Source: Octopus sinensis (Eukaryota). Taken from it: DNA of 64,000 bases. The DNA lies in contig NC_043007.1 in assembly GCF_006345805.1 (NCBI RefSeq), forward strand, positions 12,524,001-12,588,000, written 5' to 3'. Shown in pieces: positions 24,463 to 36,453 of this stretch (the stretch's first letter is position 1; each line of letters starts with the position of its first letter). A model generated the notes under the pieces. It was given only the letters and a program-made list of their open reading frames with translations, was not told the origin of the DNA and did not search any database. Made by a program: the position numbers and the translations under genes.

Positions 24463-25249
24463 GATGTGTGCCTATGTGTGCATTGGGGAGAGGGAGAGAA
24501 GGCAAAAGTGGGAGGGAGGGAGAAAGAGAGAGAAAGAAAGAGGGAGAGATAGAAAGAGAGAGGGAGGGAGAGAAAGTAAAAAGGGAGAGAGGAGGAGGGT
24601 GATGGAGGGAGGGAGAGAGGAGAAGAGAGAGGGTGGGAGGAGAGGGGAGGGAAAAGAGGGAGGAGAGGGGGGCGAGAGAAAGAGAGAGAGAGAGACAGAG
24701 AGAAAGAGGGGGAGTGAACGAGAGAGAGAGAGTTCTGTTAAAATAGCCATTGTGCATTGTGGCCTGGCAGTCATTTCTGTGCATGGCAACCTGACCCAAC
24801 CGATGAAGAAAGGAGGTGGATTGAGGAGCCAGGATGCTGGACATTTCCATTACTTTAGGTTTAAGAAAACAGCCAGTATTTTTTGTCAGCTTTCTCTGTC
24901 TTTTGGACAAGAAAATAAGGGCCCAATTGTGATTTCACTTGGGCACCACTGGAGAAAGTTTCACTGTAAGTTACATCACTGACCACTTCAAAATGCAAAG
25001 ATTAGGACCCTGTCCAGTCTTTTACCATCTTTGCTGTTGAATTCCACACATTCCAGTATTTAAAGCAAATCTTTTATCTTTATTTTTTTTCTTGTTTCAG
25101 TTGTGGCCATGCTGGAGCATAGTCTTGAAGAGCTTAGTCAAAGAATTTGGCCCCAGTACTTATTCTTTTAGCATCTTACACTTATTCTGCCAGTCTCTTT
25201 TGCCAAATTACTCAAATTATAAGGATGTAAACAAACCAACTTCACATGG

Positions 25250-25558
25250 AAATCACTCAGGACATGCTGGACAATGCAAACCATGATCCAGACATCATGA
25301 AGACCAACATCACTTGTGACAGGACATAGGTTTATGGTCTCTGTTTGATGTGTTTGGTCATCTTGCAAGAAAATGAAAATCTGATGAGCTTGCATTACAC
25401 ATCTGTACTCTAAGTACAACAGTCAAAGACTTATGTGCCCCACCAGCACAAATTTTTTACAAATGCACAGTCCCCTGCCACCCAAAGGATTTTGCCCACA
25501 CAGCATCAGTTTTGGCAGAAAAAAATAAAGTTGGATACGTTTTCAATGCACCTCGTAT
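25250..25558 (+). mobile_element. Mariner remnant
   Basis: Encodes QDMLDNANHDPDIMKTNITCDRT*VYG (cf. IITGDETWVYG); TIR-like end ...TTCAATGCACCTCG-TA. Confidence 0.6.
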
Positions 25559-26019
25559 ATCAGAGGTAAAAAATAATCATCCTGGCAACAGCTAATAAGA
25601 TTATCAAGCACATTTCAGCATTCTTGAGCTTTGGCAATAACGTGTATTCACAGTCACTTGCCTAAATGAAATCTATCACCTCCAATATGTAGGAAACAGT
25701 GAATAATACACACACTGATATTGCAAACAGCTGCTGGGCTGAATAAAAACTCAGTGTATGCAATTGAAGCAGCACTAGATTAAATTAATCATGTACATAG
25801 TATACTTAACATATATACACCACTGACAGGTAAGATACAGCAGTTTTCACCTGAGATATAGTCTCTTATAGATGTGCTGTGTAAAAAAACCCTACAATAT
25901 CATCTGATGAAAGTCATCCCAGGATCAGCAGCTAACAAGATTTTATCTTAGACAAAAATCACAGCGTCTTGCCTACTGATGGTATATATATCAAGTGTGA
26001 TACATAGATCATCATCATC

Positions 26020-26425
26020 ATCGTTTAACATCCGCTTTCCATGCTAGCTTGGGTTGGACGATTTTGACTGAGGGCTGGTGAACCAGATGGCTGCACCAGG
26101 CTCCAATCTTGATCTGGCAGTGTTTCTACTGCTGGATGCCCTTCCTAATGCCAACCACTCCAAGAGTGTTGTGGGTGCTTTTTACGTGCCACCGGCATGG
26201 GGGCCAGTCAGGCGGTACTGGCAATGACCTCACTCGAATCTTTTTACACGTGCCACCGGCACAGGTGCCAGTAAGGCGACACTGGTAACGATCACGTTTG
26301 AATGGTGCCTTTTACGTGCCACCGGCACGGAGCCAGTTGGCTGCTTTGGCAACGATCATGCTCAGATGGTGCTCTTGGCACCGTACTAGCATGGATGCCA
26401 GTCATTGAATTCGATTTTGATATAA
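26020..26425 (-). mobile_element. Family C element
   Basis: (CAT)n followed by the reverse-complement tail and about four units. Confidence 0.85.
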
Positions 26426-26639
26426 CAGATGACTATTATACGTAAATTATTAAAAAAAACGGATTTAAAATGATTTGTTTTTTCTACTTATGTCTCATCA
26501 CAGGGGTACAGGTCTCATTCAAGCATGACACATGTTGATTCTTTGTTTTTAATCAAGCTAGAGCTATTAAGTACTTACGGATAGAAGAAGATTATTTACA
26601 CTTGAATGAACAGACAAATTGTTGTTTAACCCATGGCAG

Positions 26640-26735
26640 CCAGACCTATGATCAACCAAACTTTTGATCAGCCAGAGCTATGATTAACCAGTCCCTTGGT
26701 CAACCAAATCTATGATCAACCAGACCTATGGTCAA
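26640..26735. repeat. 16-bp x6 tandem repeat (CCAGACCTATGATCAA)
   Basis: Units start at 26640, 26656, 26672, 26688, 26704 and 26720. Confidence 0.85.
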
Positions 26736-27332
26736 AAGGCATTCCAACCATGACCATCACATATTTTCAGGTGCAGTGTGTAACAGACTGGACAACCATG
26801 TACATAGCAGCTTCCAAGGCTTTTGGGGTTGGTATTGTTTGTGTCAATATTTCTTAATTAGTAAATCTGTAAGATTTAATTAGGGAGTTGACTTGTTGAC
26901 TTGATGTAATTAATCTTAGTTTAAAAGAGAGAGAGGGAGAGCGAAATAATTGGATTTGGAGTTTTAATTAATATTAATCATAGCAATGTCCTTATATAAA
27001 ATTAACCTTGTACTCTACAAGGTAAAATTAACCACTATTGTTTCCAGGTTAACTCTGACCTGGATTAGTATCATCTGCCAAGGTCCCAGTTATGGGTGAT
27101 TAGCATGTCACCGGAAGAAGGTCACTCACAGACACTCTGACAGACCCAGGCAGATGAAGCCCTTTAGCCCTTTCGTTGTTCATCTAAGAGAAGGTAACTC
27201 CATACAGTTCCTGCATGTGATAACTACTGGACTCAAAGCACTTATTGACCTGACTGATACAGGTCTGAAAGATGGGAAAGTGAGACTGGCTCTGCACAAA
27301 CCATTGCCCCACAAATAATAATATTCACCATA

Positions 27333-27930
27333 GGCAGCGAGCTGGCAGAATCATTAGCACGCCGGATGAAATGCTTAGCGGTATGTCCTGAGTTCAAATT
27401 CCGCCAAGGTCAATTTTGCCTTTCATTCTTTCAGGATCAATTAAATAAGTGCCAGTTACGCACTGGGGTCAATATAATCGACTTAATATGTTTGACTGTC
27501 CTTGTTTGTCCCTTCTGTGTTTAGCCCCTTGTGGGTAGTAAAGAAATAGGTATTTTGTCTGTCTTATGTTCTGAGTTCAAATTCTGCCGAAGTCAACTTT
27601 GCCTTTCATCCTTTCGGGGTCGATTAAATAAGTACCAGTTACGCACAGGGGTCGATGTAATCGACTTAATCCCTTTGTCTGTCCTTATTTGTCCCCTCTA
27701 TGTTTAGCCCCTTGTGGACAATAAAGAAATAAGAAATGTTAGCATGCCAGGTGAAATGCTTAGTGGTATTTCGTCTGTCTTTATGTTCTGAGATCAAATT
27801 CTGCCGAGGTCGACTTTGCCTTTCATCCTTTTGGGATCAATAAATTAAGTACCAGCTGTGCACTGGAGTTGATCTAATCGACTGGTCCACTCACCCGACG
27901 TTGCTGGCCTTGTGCCAAAATTTGAAAGTA
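27333..27930 (+). mobile_element. SINE family A trimer
   Basis: Three copies of the GCCTTTCATCCTTT..GGGTCGAT block. Confidence 0.88.
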
Positions 27931-28233
27931 ATATTTTTTCTTGACTTCTTTTTCTCTCCCCTTGTTCTTGATTAGACAAACCATGACAAGAGAAAGGTTG
28001 GCTGACTGGCTGGTTGGCTGGTTGGTTGGTTGGTTGGTTGGTTGGTTGGTTGGCCCGGTCAGTCAGTTGGCTGGCTGGTTGGTGTATTTGAGGGCAATTA
28101 TTGTGTTGGGGTTGGCATGTGATAAGAAAAGGATGATGCTAACTGAGTGGAAAAATTAATCACAAGGCTTTCCGTTAATGATAGCCAAGGAGCAGTGTAA
28201 GGTCAACAAAGACTAACGACAACAACAACTACA

Positions 28234-28265
<32 letters not shown>

Positions 28266-28705
28266 AACTACTACGACGACGACGACCACCACTACTACTA
28301 CTACTAATACTACTGCCACCACCGCCACCACCACCACTACTACTACTAATATAAGGAATTGCAAAAAGGAAAAAAAAAACCCTGTTAAGTTCTTCAGCCC
28401 GGTCAGTGTTAGCCTGGAAAAGTAAAGGAAGACAATGATGATGTTGATGGTGATGATGACGATGGTAATGATGAGGAAGATGATGATGATGGTGGTGATG
28501 ACGATGGTAATAACAACAACAACAATTATAGTAGTAAAGATGTATTTATTTACACTAATAATTTATTTGATTGAAGCAGTGTAATACTACTATACAATAA
28601 AAAAAATTAGGGTGTACAAGCACACTAAACACACACACACACCACACACACACATACAAACACACTTGTCTGCACACATAAGCATTCTCCATCCACCAAC
28701 TCCAC

Positions 28706-28745
<40 letters not shown>

Positions 28746-29020
28746 TAAAAATATAGAATGAAATACACGAGAACAAAGGTTGGCAATTTTCCTCTGTTGG
28801 TGTGTGTACGAGATAATAAAGGACCCCCACAAGTAGAGAAACTCTGTAAGACCCAGAGATCCCTACCAACCCATAATGATATGGGGGTGGCAACGATGAT
28901 GATGATGATGATGATAATGGTGATGCATATGAGTATACATATACACACATATACATGTTATAGGTACATGTGAGTATGTACATATATACACACATACATG
29001 TGTGTGTGTGTGTGTGTGTG

Positions 29021-30015
29021 TATGAGGGAGAATCAAACCTTATACACACTCCTATTTTTTCAATGTATTTACACAAAAGCAGGGGATAAATAAGTACATA
29101 GTCTCCTTCCTTTTCGATGCACTTGGTCCAGCGATCTAAAACCTTGCATATTCCCTCCAAGAAGAAGGTTTCCAGTTGGTTGTGCAACCATTTATGCCCC
29201 ACTTTCTTCACATCTTCATCTGTAGGAAATCAAAGACCTCGTAAACCATTTTCAAGTGGTCCAAAGATATGATAGTCGGAAGGGACGAGACCTGCGCCGT
29301 AAACAGGCTGTTCTAGCACCTCAAAACCCAATTGGTTAATGGTTTCAACAGTCTGGGTGGCCATGTGTGGGCGTGCATTATCATGCAGCAACAAAACTTT
29401 CTTTGACTATAGGCTTCAGCGTTTGGTACAAATTGCTGGCTTCAGTTTGCTGGCCCACAAAGCACTGAATCTTGCACTGTTGATCATACACCCCATTTCC
29501 AGGTAGTCTTCCAGTATAGGCCCTTTTGAGTCCCAAAACAGGGTTAGCATCACCTTTTCCACGGAAGACTGAGCCTTAAATTCCTTCATTGCTGGCGAGC
29601 CAGAATGTTTCCACTCCATACTCTGTCATAAAAAAAAGCAACAGCAACAACAACAACAACAGTGACTATTCTGCTCAAAAATTCCTCACCCTCACTGTTG
29701 TAGTGACCAAGTAAATGTTGGCAGACCTCAAGACATTTGTGGTTGTGTTCTACAGTAAGCTCTCTTGGCACCCATCTTACACAGACTTTATGGAAGCTGA
29801 GCTCATCACAGATGATTTAATAGGCAAAACCATGACTAATCTGCAGAGAACGAGCTACCTCATTGATGATAACTGACCAGTTCACCATTACCATCTCATA
29901 AGCTTGCTGAATCTGCTCATCATTGGTGAAGGTTGATAGGCATTCTGTTCCCTCTTTGTGTATCATGTTTGTTCAGCCACTTTTAAACTCCTCGATCCAC
30001 TCATACACACTTCTA
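29021..30015 (-). pseudogene. Degenerate mariner (DD34D) transposase with 3' TIR
   Basis: WVPREL, QSMEWKH.GSP, KVMLTLFWD and LLHDNARPH motifs, mutated YSPDLAPSD (YGAGLVPSD), RWTKCIEKEGDY; TA-TGAGGGAGAATCAAA end; stops and frameshifts. Confidence 0.92.
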
Positions 30016-30257
30016 TACACCGGAGCGAAAATATCTAAAGCTCCACAAGGCTCTGGCAGGGGGTGGTGGCGATCCCTGCTGTACTCTTTCACCACAACTT
30101 TCTCTCACTCTTTCTTCTGTTGGCCTGCTCGCTTAGCCAGTGGGGTGGCGTCATTGAAGGCTAAAACAAGCGCATTGTGACCAGCAATGTGTAGCAACAT
30201 CTGATAGCCTGGTCAGTCACAGTGATCACGGTGAGATATATATATTTTAAAAAATTT

Positions 30258-30706
30258 ATTTTTTTAATCTAGTTTCAGCTCACAAGCTGTGGCCATGCTG
30301 GGGCACTGCCATTTTGTGTTGCTACATGATTTTACTTCACGAATGCTTTTTAGCAATTGCCATTTGGTGCATGAGAGAGTTCGATGCAGCTGCCCTCATC
30401 TGCACCTCCTGCCATGAAGTTGGTTCATCTGGGACACCTGACAAGAAGAGATCCAGTTTTATTTTAAAGACATCTGCATCCACCCCATGCAGGTCTCTTA
30501 GGTTCTTCGGGAGGATATTGAAGAGCTGTGGGCCTCGGAAGCCCAGGCTATCACAGTATCTTGTCCTACATCTTGATGGCAAATTTGGAGTCCTTGGCAC
30601 TATGCAGTGGCGCCCAGTTCTGGCATTTGTGTAACTCTCGATGCCAAAGTTTGGTACAAGTCCTCCTAGGATCTTCCAGATGTATGTTATGGCATATCTT
30701 TCTCAC
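30258..30706 (-). mobile_element. CR1/L2-group LINE 3' fragment with complete 3'UTR
   Basis: Encodes RERYAITYIWKILGGLVPNFG...GPQLFNILP...FKIKLDLFLSGVPDEP...SNSL; the UTR ends GGCAGTGCCCCAGCATGGCCACAG...CTGAAACTAGATTAAAAA. Confidence 0.82.
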
Positions 30707-31089
30707 CTACGCTATATATATGTATATATATATCACATCAGTTGGTGAAGAGGATCAGCCTGTAAAAGTCCTGTGCCTGTGGCATGTTAAAAGCACCCAG
30801 CACACACTATAAAGTTGAAGGTTTAGATGTTATAGGTTGTGGTGTCATCTAATGAGACTCCGTTCAGAAGGCTGTTATCTTGTTTGGTAGTAAACCCAGA
30901 TGAAGAACATATAAAACACAAAGTGGTAACTTTAAACATGCTTATTGTGGTCACACTTGCCCAAGGTGCCACGCAGTGGGACTGAACCCAGAACCATGTG
31001 GTTGGTAAGCAAGCTTGAACCTGAAAGGATGAAAAGCACCACCACTACCAGATGCAGGGCATCCAGTTTTGGTCTTTACTTAGCTTTGG

Positions 31090-31425
31090 ACAATAGCAGT
31101 AGTGATGGTAGTAGCAGTGGCGGTGCTAGTGATGGTGGTGGTGGTGGTGGTGATGGCAGCGATGATGATGATGGGAACCATGGTGTGTGGGTGAGTGATG
31201 TTGATGGTGGTGGCGGTGGTAGTGGTGGTGGTGGTGGCAGTGGCGGTGGCGGTGATGCTGGTGGGAGTGATGTTGATAACGGCAGTGATAATCATGATAA
31301 TGATGAGGAGGGGAATAACTATGACGATGGTGATGATGGTGATGACAATGATGATGGTGTTGGTGGTGGTGCTGGTGGGGGGGTGATGACAATGATGATG
31401 GTGATGATGATGGTGATGATGATCG

Positions 31426-31457
<32 letters not shown>

Positions 31458-31550
31458 ATGATGATGATGATGTTGGTGGTGGTGGTGTGATGATGATGAT
31501 GTGGAGGAGGAGGAAGAGGAGGAGGAGGAGGAGCAGCAGCAGCAGTCAGG
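31090..31550. repeat. (GAT)n/(GGT)n/(GGA)n low-complexity tract
   Basis: Direct inspection. Confidence 0.92.
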
Positions 31551-33578
31551 ACGAAAACAATCTAATACAAATTGACTTCATAGATATCACAATTATTTTT
31601 AATTAACTTCACTCACAGGTATTTCTCATTCAGCTTTTGATTCATACATAATTTTTGTATTATTCTATTATTTATTATTTTTTGCCTGAAATAACGACAT
31701 TTTAAGGTTATTCCTGAAATAAAAATTAAAAAAAAGGTCTTCCCTTCCACTATGCTCTCCTCCCCCACCGCTAACCCTAACCCCCCTCCCCAGCTATTGT
31801 TGTTTCTGTCTTACTTGTAAAACCTAATTTAAATGCAACATGTGAATGCTTCGCCACATGTCTCTGAGGTAACATTCTGATCGTATCAGGCTACCAATGT
31901 ACAGCTTAATCCAACTTACTAGTTTTCCATACAAGTTTCGAAAGAATGTGGATTATCTGATTAGTCTGATTTAAAAGGAGATTTATTATCAATTGCAGGT
32001 GATTGAACTACCATCATTGCTGTTGTTGTTGTTGCTGCTGTTGTTGTTTTTGTTGTTGTACTCTTCACTAGGCAAAGCAATTTTTTTTTTCTTTTTTTGG
32101 TGGGAGAAATAGTAAATATATAAAAAAAAAACAACAGCAACAACAACAACAACAACAGTGACTAAAATACTTGGGTGGACTAACCGACATATAGAAAATA
32201 CATTTAATATCATTTAAATGGCTCTAATACACCCATACCTGGGTCTGTAGATTAAATGAACGCTTATATTAATAAACCCCATGTGACCTTTCCATGGAGT
32301 TAGAAAAAGAAGAAAATAATTTACAGAAGTTTTTTCCAGTAGTAACAATATAAGCAAAGGTTGTTGTTGTCGTTGTTGCTGTTGTTTAGTCCAGGTCTAG
32401 CCCAACCCAAGTGAGCAGATCCTGTGTTCAAAAGCATTCAGTCTGTGACCTTTTCATCTTTTTGGGAGGGTATCCAACACCAGAGCCACTGATATTCCAC
32501 TAGGTATCAGCAGCCCTAGAGCTAGATAACCCACTATTTTAGATATTTAGCACTTTAGGCCAGTCCCACATTGTGTCCCATCCCCATCCCCTTTTCAGCT
32601 CTACACTGTGCAACCCCTTTTCCCAGCCCTTCTCTATGGTTTTATGATTATGCAAATCACCCAGTAAATCTGTTATCTGACATAATTTGAAGTGTTTCAT
32701 GCTAGATCATATGACAAACCATAACATCAATTGACCCCTTCATCTTCCACTCTCAACCTAACCCCTCTTCACCAATCCTCCCTTGTTCTCAGAGGGCCCT
32801 CCCCCTGCTCCCTTAATTACAGAGACTTTGTACTTTTAGTTGGATAATGGAATTTTCTTCAAGTTGTTTAGAATATGTGATGTGTCCTGCCAGATTTTAG
32901 CAACCATCTAGTTTGTCTAGTACATAATACAAGCCCTAACTAGGACTTCCTTATCAAATATGTCCTTCATTTTGCAACAGTAATAAAGATTTAGGGAACT
33001 TCCAGCCTTAAGTCTTCATGGGAGCATGAGGACCCTAAATGCAACTTTCTAAAAAAAAATCTAGATTTTTATTGGTGCAGGCATGGCTGTGTCGTAAGAA
33101 GCTTGCTTCCCAACCACATGGTTCTGGGTTCGAACCCACTGCATGACACCTTGGGCAAGTTTCTTCTACTATAACCTCAGGCTGACCAAAGACTTTTGAG
33201 TGGATTTGGTAGACAGAAACTGAAAGAAGCCAGTCTTGTGTGTGTGTGTTATCCCCCATCACTGCTTGCCAACCGGTGTTGGTGTGTTTACATCCCTGTA
33301 CCTGAACAATTTGGCAAAAGAGATCGATGGAATAAGTACCAGGCTTTATTTCTTCAAGGCAGTGCCCCAGCAGGGCCAGTCTAATAACCAAAACGAGTAA
33401 AAGACAAAATATTTTGCATTAAAAATACATCTTTTTTGATGCTGGTGTCAGAAGAATTTATAAACTTCAAGAAAATGAAATAATTTTTTGTGGAACATTG
33501 AATCTTGAAGCAGATTAACAGACTTCAGCATTTTCCAATCAAAGGAGTTTTATTTTCCCAATATTTACTCACTATTAA

Positions 33579-34405
33579 GGCGGTGAGCTGGCAGAAACGT
33601 TAGCATGCTGAGCGAAATGCCTAGCAGTATTTCGTCGACTTTGCCTTTCATCCTTTCGGGGTCGATAAATTAAGTACCAGTTACGCACTGGGGTCGATGT
33701 AATCGACTTAATCTCCTTGTCTGTCCTCTCTGTGTTTAGCCCCTTGTGGCTAGTAAAGAAATAAGTATTTTGTCTCTGAGTTCAAATACTGATGAGGTCA
33801 ACTTTGCCTTTCATCCTTTTGGGGTCGATAAATTAAGTACCAGCTGCATGCATGCTGGGGTCGATCTAATCGACTGGCCCCCTCCCCAAAAATTTCAGGC
33901 TTTGTGCCTAGTGTAGAAAAGAATATTTACTCAATGTTATTTACAGCTTATCCTTATCTAAGGCAGCAAGCTGGCAGAATCATAAGCACACTCAGCAAAA
34001 TGCTTTTTCGTCTCCCACTACGTTCTGAGTTCAAATTCCTCCGGGGTCGACTCTGCTTCTCATTCTTTCAGGGTCGATAAATTAAGTATAAGTAAAACAC
34101 TGGGGTCGATGTAATCAATTAGTCTCCACCAACCAAATTTCAGGCCTTTGCTTTTAGTAGAAACTATTATGTATATATTTCTTTACTGCCCACAAGGGGG
34201 TAAACAAATAGGGGACAAACAAGGACAGAAAACGGATTAAGTTGATTACATTGACTCCAGTGCGAAACTGGTACTTTATTTATCGACCCCAAAAGGATGA
34301 AAGGCAAAGTCAACTTTGGCGGAATTTGAACTCAGAACATAACGACAGACGAAATACCGCTAAGCATTTTGCTTGACGTGCTAACGATTCTGCCAGCTCG
34401 CCGAT
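33579..34405. mobile_element. Cluster of three SINE A copies (+, +, -)
   Basis: First copy has TSD AATATTTACTCA; the last two are tail-to-tail inverted. Confidence 0.85.
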
Positions 34406-36064
34406 TATATATAGCTTATCAACTTCATGGTCCAATGTTCCAAAATTCTCTCTGCTGGTAAGAATAAAGTTTCTAAAATGGACAGAGAAATTCCAAGGAT
34501 TGCTTTGGTAAAATAGTAGAAATATTTGCCATGTTTACATCTTTCTTGATTTCATAATATTCTTCTGCTTCTTCAGGCAGTTGCAACTGTGATGCAGCTC
34601 ACCATACCATTTCATGTTATGCCAGGAATCTCCATTCCTCATTAATTTTGGTAAGTCCTCAATTTCATGTTGTCATTCTGCCAACAACATCAAAGTGGTT
34701 GACTGGTTTTTGTCCTCTATTAGAGTACGGAAGTCTACCAAATATAACATCTGGTATTCATGATATTAAATTTATTCCAATGTTTTGAAATTCTTTGAAA
34801 ACTCATTAAAATCTCAGTTTACATTTTGATTTTTTTTAGTTTAATATTACAATTACATTTGCACAATTAATATAATTACATTTTCTATTTTTAAAAAAAT
34901 TCTATTTAATATGGCCTTTTTAGGTTATGTTAGATTCAATGCTGACTTTGAATGCAAAAGGCAGGATTTGAACTCAGAATTCAGAGATCCAGGATAAATA
35001 CTGCAAGTCATTTCATTCAACATTCTAGCAACCCTACTGTTTCTTTGTCATTTTGCTTTCCCAGGCTCTGAACTATCTTAAAAGGTCAGAGAAATGCTGA
35101 TAAGTAAACAGTTATTTTTAGATATTCAGAATCAAGATTTCCTAATAAAGATGAAAATAAAAAATAAATAAATGAAATGATTGAGGAATTAGAAGTCAAT
35201 GATATGAGTGGTTGTGTGGTAAGTAGCTTGCTTACCAACCACATGGTTCCGGGTTCAGTCCCACTGCGTGGCACCTTGGGCAAGTGTCTTCTACTATAGC
35301 CTCAGGCCAACCAAAGCCTTGTGAGTGGTTTTGGTAGACAGAAACTGAAAGAGGACTATCGTGTGTATGTATGTATGTATGTACGTACATACGTACGTAT
35401 GTATGTATGTACATACATACGTACGTATGTATGTGTAATTTATTCACCCTGAAAGGATGAAAGGCAAAGTCGACCTTGGCGGAATTAGAACTCAAAAAAA
35501 TGTAGGAATAATGCCCTCAAAACTTTTGTTTTAACTCCATTGACCCTTTTAATACCAACCCACCTGAGACTGACCCTGGTTTTATGATACAAACTTCCTA
35601 TTTTAAAAGAGGTCTAAATTAAATGCCTTCTAAGAAAAATTCCTTGTTAATTTATGTTCCAAACATCAGCTTAGTAGCAACAAAGATATCTAAATTCTTC
35701 ATTGCTTTAAAAAAATTAATTGAAATTATAGCTGTGTATTTAAACAGAAACATGATAACAAAAATGTGAAACACCTCTACAGGTGAACAGGTCAGACACG
35801 AATAAGAAACAGGTATTGACTGGAACCAACAGTTCTATTGAAAACTATGAGGTTGTCGAAAGTAAGACATTATCTGAGAAAATGTCTACATGGAAATATA
35901 CGTAATAAGTGAGGATTAAACTGTTCGTTTTATTTTTTTCTTCCTCCTTTGTTTTTTTTCTTTGTTGCTATAAAGCAGATATTTAATATAAGCATACAAC
36001 AACAAATGTAAAGACATGTACAGATATATCAAGCAATCCTAGTGTTAATTAATACTTATCCTAA

Positions 36065-36453
36065 TCTATATATAAAGCTGAAGTTGTCTGTGTATGGCAG
36101 CTTTGGTAGCCTTCAACTAACACTATCTCCTCCGAGACCCTGCGGCGCAAGTTGACCAAAATAGAGAGTATGATAGAAGAAGGCTTGCTCTTCATTCCGT
36201 AGAAGAAAAAATTCAAATTGGACCATGTTAACACCAAAATTATTTACATCAAAAAGGTGGGGTTTTTTCTATGAAAATCCCTATTTTTTACGATTTTTTG
36301 ACTGCTGTGTCACCATTTTTTCGGTTTATTTCAACCAGAAAAATGTTCACTTAAAGAGAATAACAAGCTACATAATGCAAAATTTTTACTTTTCAAAAAT
36401 TCAAATTCTAAAGGGTCGAAACAAACCCAAGCAATGCTGGGCAATACTGCTAG
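36065..36453 (+). mobile_element. Non-autonomous Helitron (~390-bp family)
   Basis: A|TCTATATATAAAGCTGAAG ... degenerate hairpin ... CTAG|T. Confidence 0.92.

Noticed and set aside
27048-27330. Unique segment with AG/GT boundaries and a 54-aa frame
   Set aside because: All frames from the acceptor hit stops and no homology was recognised; a UTR exon or enhancer cannot be supported from sequence alone.
30945-31490. 181-aa Gly/Asp/Met-rich ORF
   Set aside because: It begins in a SINE-B fragment and continues through (GAT)/(GGT) repeats.
31770-31785. CTAACCCTAACCC telomere-like motif
   Set aside because: Only two units, which is expected by chance.
35832-35868. Possible third hammerhead relic (GTTCT ATTGAA...GTC GAAA GTA AGAC)
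   Set aside because: The core is too degenerate (no CUGA, stem III incomplete); it would need a family consensus to support.
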